Source of the DNA: an uncultured Eubacteriales bacterium
GTDB taxonomy: Bacteria > Bacillota > Clostridia > Christensenellales > CAG-138
Assembly (NCBI GenBank): GCA_902794055.1
Contig: CADBGC010000001.1
Coordinates: forward strand, 1-47,948
Reading direction: 5' to 3'
Length of the DNA: 47,948 nt
Both the position numbers and the translations under genes were made by a program. This document shows positions 44,653 to 47,948 of this stretch, one piece after another. A model generated the notes under the pieces. That model had not been told where the DNA came from. It ran no database searches and was given only the letters and a program-made list of their open reading frames with translations. Numbering within the stretch: position 1 is the first letter of the stretch; each line of letters opens with the position of its first letter.

Positions 44653-46787
44653 CCAAACTCAGTGCAGTTCACCAGAGCCGCACGCAAGGCATCGATTTGG
44701 CTCTGCGGTATTGGATTGCCATAAAGCCAAATGGTCTTCAATCCAACTAATCTCATCAAATAAGTAACGTTGGAAATATTATTGTATTCAAGATACAGCT
44801 TTTGCAGCCACGTCATGTTTTGAAGCGCAGAAACATTTGAAATATTGTTTCTTCCCAGCTTCAAAAGTTTCAGCTTGGTCAATCCTGATACTGCGCTGAT
44901 GTTGGTGATATTGTTCTCGCTTAGTATCAGTTTTGTAATATTTTTAAATTTCGCAACATCACTAATATCCGTCAAGCCGCAGTTCTTAAGCTCAAGCTCA
45001 GTAAAATTAAGAAGCGTCTGCGTGGTTATCGTTCCCGTCAGATTATACTTCTGACGAAGAGCCGCTTCAAAAGTCGAACTGTTGAAATGAACAGACGGGT
45101 TCGCGGTCGGTGGTGTTGTTGGCGGCGGGGTTATCGGCTTAGGTGTCGTCGGCGTCGGCGTTACCGTAGGCTTCGGCGTTGTCGGCTTCGGCGTTACCGT
45201 AGGCTTCGGCGTTGTCGGCTTCGGTGTTACAGGCACCGGCGTTGCGGGCTTCGGCGTTGCCGCTGTTGGTTTCGGCGTTGCCGTTGTTGGCAACGAAGTA
45301 GGCACAGCACTATTAACCGCTGTGGGCACAACCGTAGACTTGGGAATCTGCGTAGCATTTGTTGAGCTCGGCGGCGGTGTTCCGATCAGCGAATCCGTCG
45401 GAAGCGCTGTTGGCAAAGACGAATTTGGTATGTTTGAAAAAGTCGGAACTTGAGTCGCCCCGGGTCCAAACGAATACGCTATGGGATCATTTGTAATAAC
45501 CAAGCCAATAGCCGCTCCGGGATCTTCACCCGAACCGACGTCAGGATTGTTTGTTTCAGTGCTGATAGGCGGTTTAGTTCCTGTGGGCAGCAAAGTGGTA
45601 ATTGCTGATTTTTGCTCTTCATCCGAACCCTTTTTTGAAAGCGCGCCAACAATTACCCCACCTAAGACAGCCACGGCAAGCACCGAAGCTGCGGCGATAA
45701 TGATGGGCTTTTTATTCTTCTCTTTCTTTTTGTCACTATTCTTTTTTTCGTCCTTGCCATCATCGGCTGATGCAGAAGCTATCGGTTTCCCCTTGGAGCT
45801 CTTAGCGCCCTTCTTATTGGATATGGGCGCAATAGGAAGAGTGGGCTCTATCATCTCGCCATCATCACTGTAATTCTCCAATGCATAGAGGAGCTCTTCG
45901 GCATTTTGGTATCTGTCATCCGGTTTAAATGCGCAAGCCTTTAGAATCACATTCCCCAGCCCGACCGAGGCGTTGCAGGGCATAGGCAGAGGCTGTCCGC
46001 TCATGCGCTTTTTTACGGCGATTTCATACTGGTCAGGCGTATACTTTCCCGTAGTGGGTAAAAACGGAAGCCTATTGCTGTTGAGAAGCTGATATAAAAC
46101 CAACCCAAGCGAGCAAATGTCGATCGTTCTAACATCGCCATATCCGCTGCCAATATGCTCCTCATATGCCATATATCCGCTGGTTCCCATTCGGCCGGTC
46201 ATGCTGAAGGTTGCAGTGGAAAGCTGTTTTGCTATACCGAAATCCGCCAGTTTATATGTGGCTTCATTGTCTTTAATTTCCGCCAAGATATTGGCAGGCT
46301 TTATATCGCGGTGAATTATTCCCTCTTCATTGCACGCTATCAACGCTTTGCAAACATCTTTTCCGAGCCGAACGACCTCTTCCTCGCTCCAGTGCGATTT
46401 AATATATTCTTGCGAATCGGTCAAGAGTTCCATCACGATTATTATATCGTACTTGATCTCTTCTTCATTTTTGACCACCTTCGCATCCTCAAGATGAACG
46501 ACGTTTTTACAGCCGCTCAGCTTGTCCATCGCGGCGATTTCGTTCTCAAAACGCGCAGCAAGATCGGCGTAATACTCTCGAACGCCTTCTTCGTCCATTT
46601 CCCGCCTCAGATTCTCCACATCAGATTCTGATTTGGGAATAGAGATGTGCTTCAAAGCATAGTACTTACGCTCATCTTGATCTTCTTTGTACACCTTATA
46701 AACGGTACCATAGGTGCCGGCGCCGAGTTTTTTTTCGATTATCCAGCCATCTATTGATGTAACAACTTCCGTAGCGTTATCAGCCAT
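44646..46787 (-). CDS. Hanks-type Ser/Thr protein kinase with a TM helix, Pro/Thr-rich stalk and an extracellular leucine-rich-repeat domain
   Basis: GAGTYGTVYK, YALKHI, HRDIKPANIL, DFGIAK and GTSGYMAYE kinase motifs. TM helix IIIAAASVLAVAVLGGVIVGAL, a TPKPT stalk, and four or more 22-aa LRRs (LxxLxLxxNNISNxSxL). Confidence 0.9.
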   Translation of the reverse strand: MADNATEVVTSIDGWIIEKKLGAGTYGTVYKVYKEDQDERKYYALKHISIPKSESDVENLRREMDEEGVREYYADLAARFENEIAAMDKLSGCKNVVHLEDAKVVKNEEEIKYDIIIVMELLTDSQEYIKSHWSEEEVVRLGKDVCKALIACNEEGIIHRDIKPANILAEIKDNEATYKLADFGIAKQLSTATFSMTGRMGTSGYMAYEEHIGSGYGDVRTIDICSLGLVLYQLLNSNRLPFLPTTGKYTPDQYEIAVKKRMSGQPLPMPCNASVGLGNVILKACAFKPDDRYQNAEELLYALENYSDDGEMIEPTLPIAPISNKKGAKSSKGKPIASASADDGKDEKKNSDKKKEKNKKPIIIAAASVLAVAVLGGVIVGALSKKGSDEEQKSAITTLLPTGTKPPISTETNNPDVGSGEDPGAAIGLVITNDPIAYSFGPGATQVPTFSNIPNSSLPTALPTDSLIGTPPPSSTNATQIPKSTVVPTAVNSAVPTSLPTTATPKPTAATPKPATPVPVTPKPTTPKPTVTPKPTTPKPTVTPTPTTPKPITPPPTTPPTANPSVHFNSSTFEAALRQKYNLTGTITTQTLLNFTELELKNCGLTDISDVAKFKNITKLILSENNITNISAVSGLTKLKLLKLGRNNISNVSALQNMTWLQKLYLEYNNISNVTYLMRLVGLKTIWLYGNPIPQSQIDALRAALVNCTEFGW

Positions 46788-46821
46788 GTTATCACCCCTA
46801 CCGTAATAAATCAGCTATTTT

Positions 46822-47670
46822 TCATCGTCCGAGACGGCGCATACCCATGCAAAGCCTTTTAAGCAAAGAATTGCCCCTTGCTCCAATTCTAATCACCAAC
46901 GCTGTGGTGTTGTCCGTTCCTCCCTTTTTCAGCGCAGCATCAACTATTTTTTCAGCGGTTGACTTAACACCATTTTCTTTCAGCAATAATTCTGAAAGCT
47001 CATTGTGAGCAAGCACCGCACTTACTCCATCACTGCAAAGCAGGAACGTATCTCCTTCTCTAATGCGTAGATCGCAGCACGGCGGCACTTCGAAAAGCAT
47101 ATCTTCCGCATACATACCCAGAAAACGCGTTAGCCGATTGCTACCGGGATGCTTATCCGCCATCTCCTTGGACATTATGCCGGAGTCGATGAGCATCTGC
47201 CCCTCGGTATGGTCCTTTGTAAGCAGCGTCAGCTTGCCTCGGCGCATTAGATAAATGCGGCTGTCGCCCATTCCGGTGTAATACACTTTGTTGCCGAAAA
47301 ACACCGCTGCAACTATCGTGCTGCCCATTCCTAAATGATTGGGCTCTGAATCAATGTGTCCTCTGATTCCTTCCTGTGCCTTTTCGATCGCATTGCACAG
47401 AAGTTTCGAATCGGTATCCGAGCTTCGTGAAACGTCCTCAAACTGCTTGTTCAGCGCCTCCATTGCAGTAAACGATGCCACCTCGCCGGCTTCCTCTCCG
47501 CCCATGCCGTCAGCCACAGCTGCTATAAGTCGCTCGGAAAGATTACCCTCTGCTTCATGCATTTGATCTCCATGATCGGGCGGTGCAAAAACAGAATTAA
47601 TAAGGAAGTTGTCCTCATTATTCTTTCGTTTATTCGTTTTGCTGACCACAGCGCAGTTATAGCAATACAT
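46822..47670 (-). CDS. PP2C-family Ser/Thr protein phosphatase
   Basis: 282 aa. NEDNF, VADGMGGEEAGE, GDSRIY, LLCSDG and GGTDNTTALV motifs. Confidence 0.9.
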   Translation of the reverse strand: MYCYNCAVVSKTNKRKNNEDNFLINSVFAPPDHGDQMHEAEGNLSERLIAAVADGMGGEEAGEVASFTAMEALNKQFEDVSRSSDTDSKLLCNAIEKAQEGIRGHIDSEPNHLGMGSTIVAAVFFGNKVYYTGMGDSRIYLMRRGKLTLLTKDHTEGQMLIDSGIMSKEMADKHPGSNRLTRFLGMYAEDMLFEVPPCCDLRIREGDTFLLCSDGVSAVLAHNELSELLLKENGVKSTAEKIVDAALKKGGTDNTTALVIRIGARGNSLLKRLCMGMRRLGR

Positions 47671-47690
47671 AAATCTCCCCGTTTTTCGAA

Positions 47691-47948
47691 CTACTCAACG
47701 ACCGCTTCGGTAGCCATATAACCGCATTCCTCGATAATCCTGACACCACATTTTGACGCATCGATGTAAGCTGCCCTTTTTCTTATCGGGAGCAGATCCA
47801 ATGTCCTTTCCTGCTCCAACGTCGCTTCGTCCGGGCTATAAGAAAACTCACTGCTCGGAAGGTAAGTCTTTTTCTCGACCTGAAGCTTTCTCATTGCTGT
47901 GTTATTAGCCGACTTTCTATATCTGCGCAGGCGTACCACAGCCATAAC
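47691..47948 (-). CDS. hypothetical protein, probably truncated by the window edge
   Basis: The ORF is open to the right edge. It lies 20 nt upstream of PP2C in the same orientation. No motif recognised. Confidence 0.35.
   Translation of the reverse strand, partial: VMAVVRLRRYRKSANNTAMRKLQVEKKTYLPSSEFSYSPDEATLEQERTLDLLPIRKRAAYIDASKCGVRIIEECGYMATEAVVE

Overview
This is 47.9 kb of a high-GC (about 60% judged by eye) Firmicutes/Clostridia-type chromosome. Supporting signs are RNase Y, a CIRCE operator, an (S/P)PxTG sorting signal and strong SD sites. The backbone is ordinary: tsaD, a Lit-like membrane protein, a CapA-family lipoprotein, psuG, a Dabb protein and clpB. It continues with a 1108-aa secreted protein carrying three F5/8-type-C repeats, rny, a MerR regulator, a DUF2130-like protein and an XRE-controlled surface-protein operon. 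The rest is feoAB, PadR plus an FtsX-type ABC transporter, a heterodimeric ABC exporter and a ThrE-family exporter. Three visibly AT-rich inserts stand out. (i) About 100-1170 holds one orphan membrane protein. (ii) About 6300-8815 is a self-contained promoter-to-terminator cassette encoding a YwgA/Panacea-like small protein and a SAMHD1-like HD phosphohydrolase, bracketed by ~146-nt imperfect direct repeats. This is my top candidate for an undescribed dNTP-depletion or toxin-antitoxin-like defence module. (iii) 41371-47948 is a cluster of PP2C, a Ser/Thr kinase with an LRR ectodomain, and two GT-C-like membrane proteins, separated from the backbone by a decayed IS256-family transposase remnant. 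A second candidate system is a translationally coupled (ATGA overlap) ABC/AAA_21-type ATPase plus a 6-TM M48 metalloprotease (37554-40786). A composite intergenic repeat family (short hairpins plus TATTCAC heptads) occurs at least five times. I recognised no rRNA, tRNA or CRISPR array. All family calls are by-eye motif recognition from the supplied translations; no searches or computations were run.
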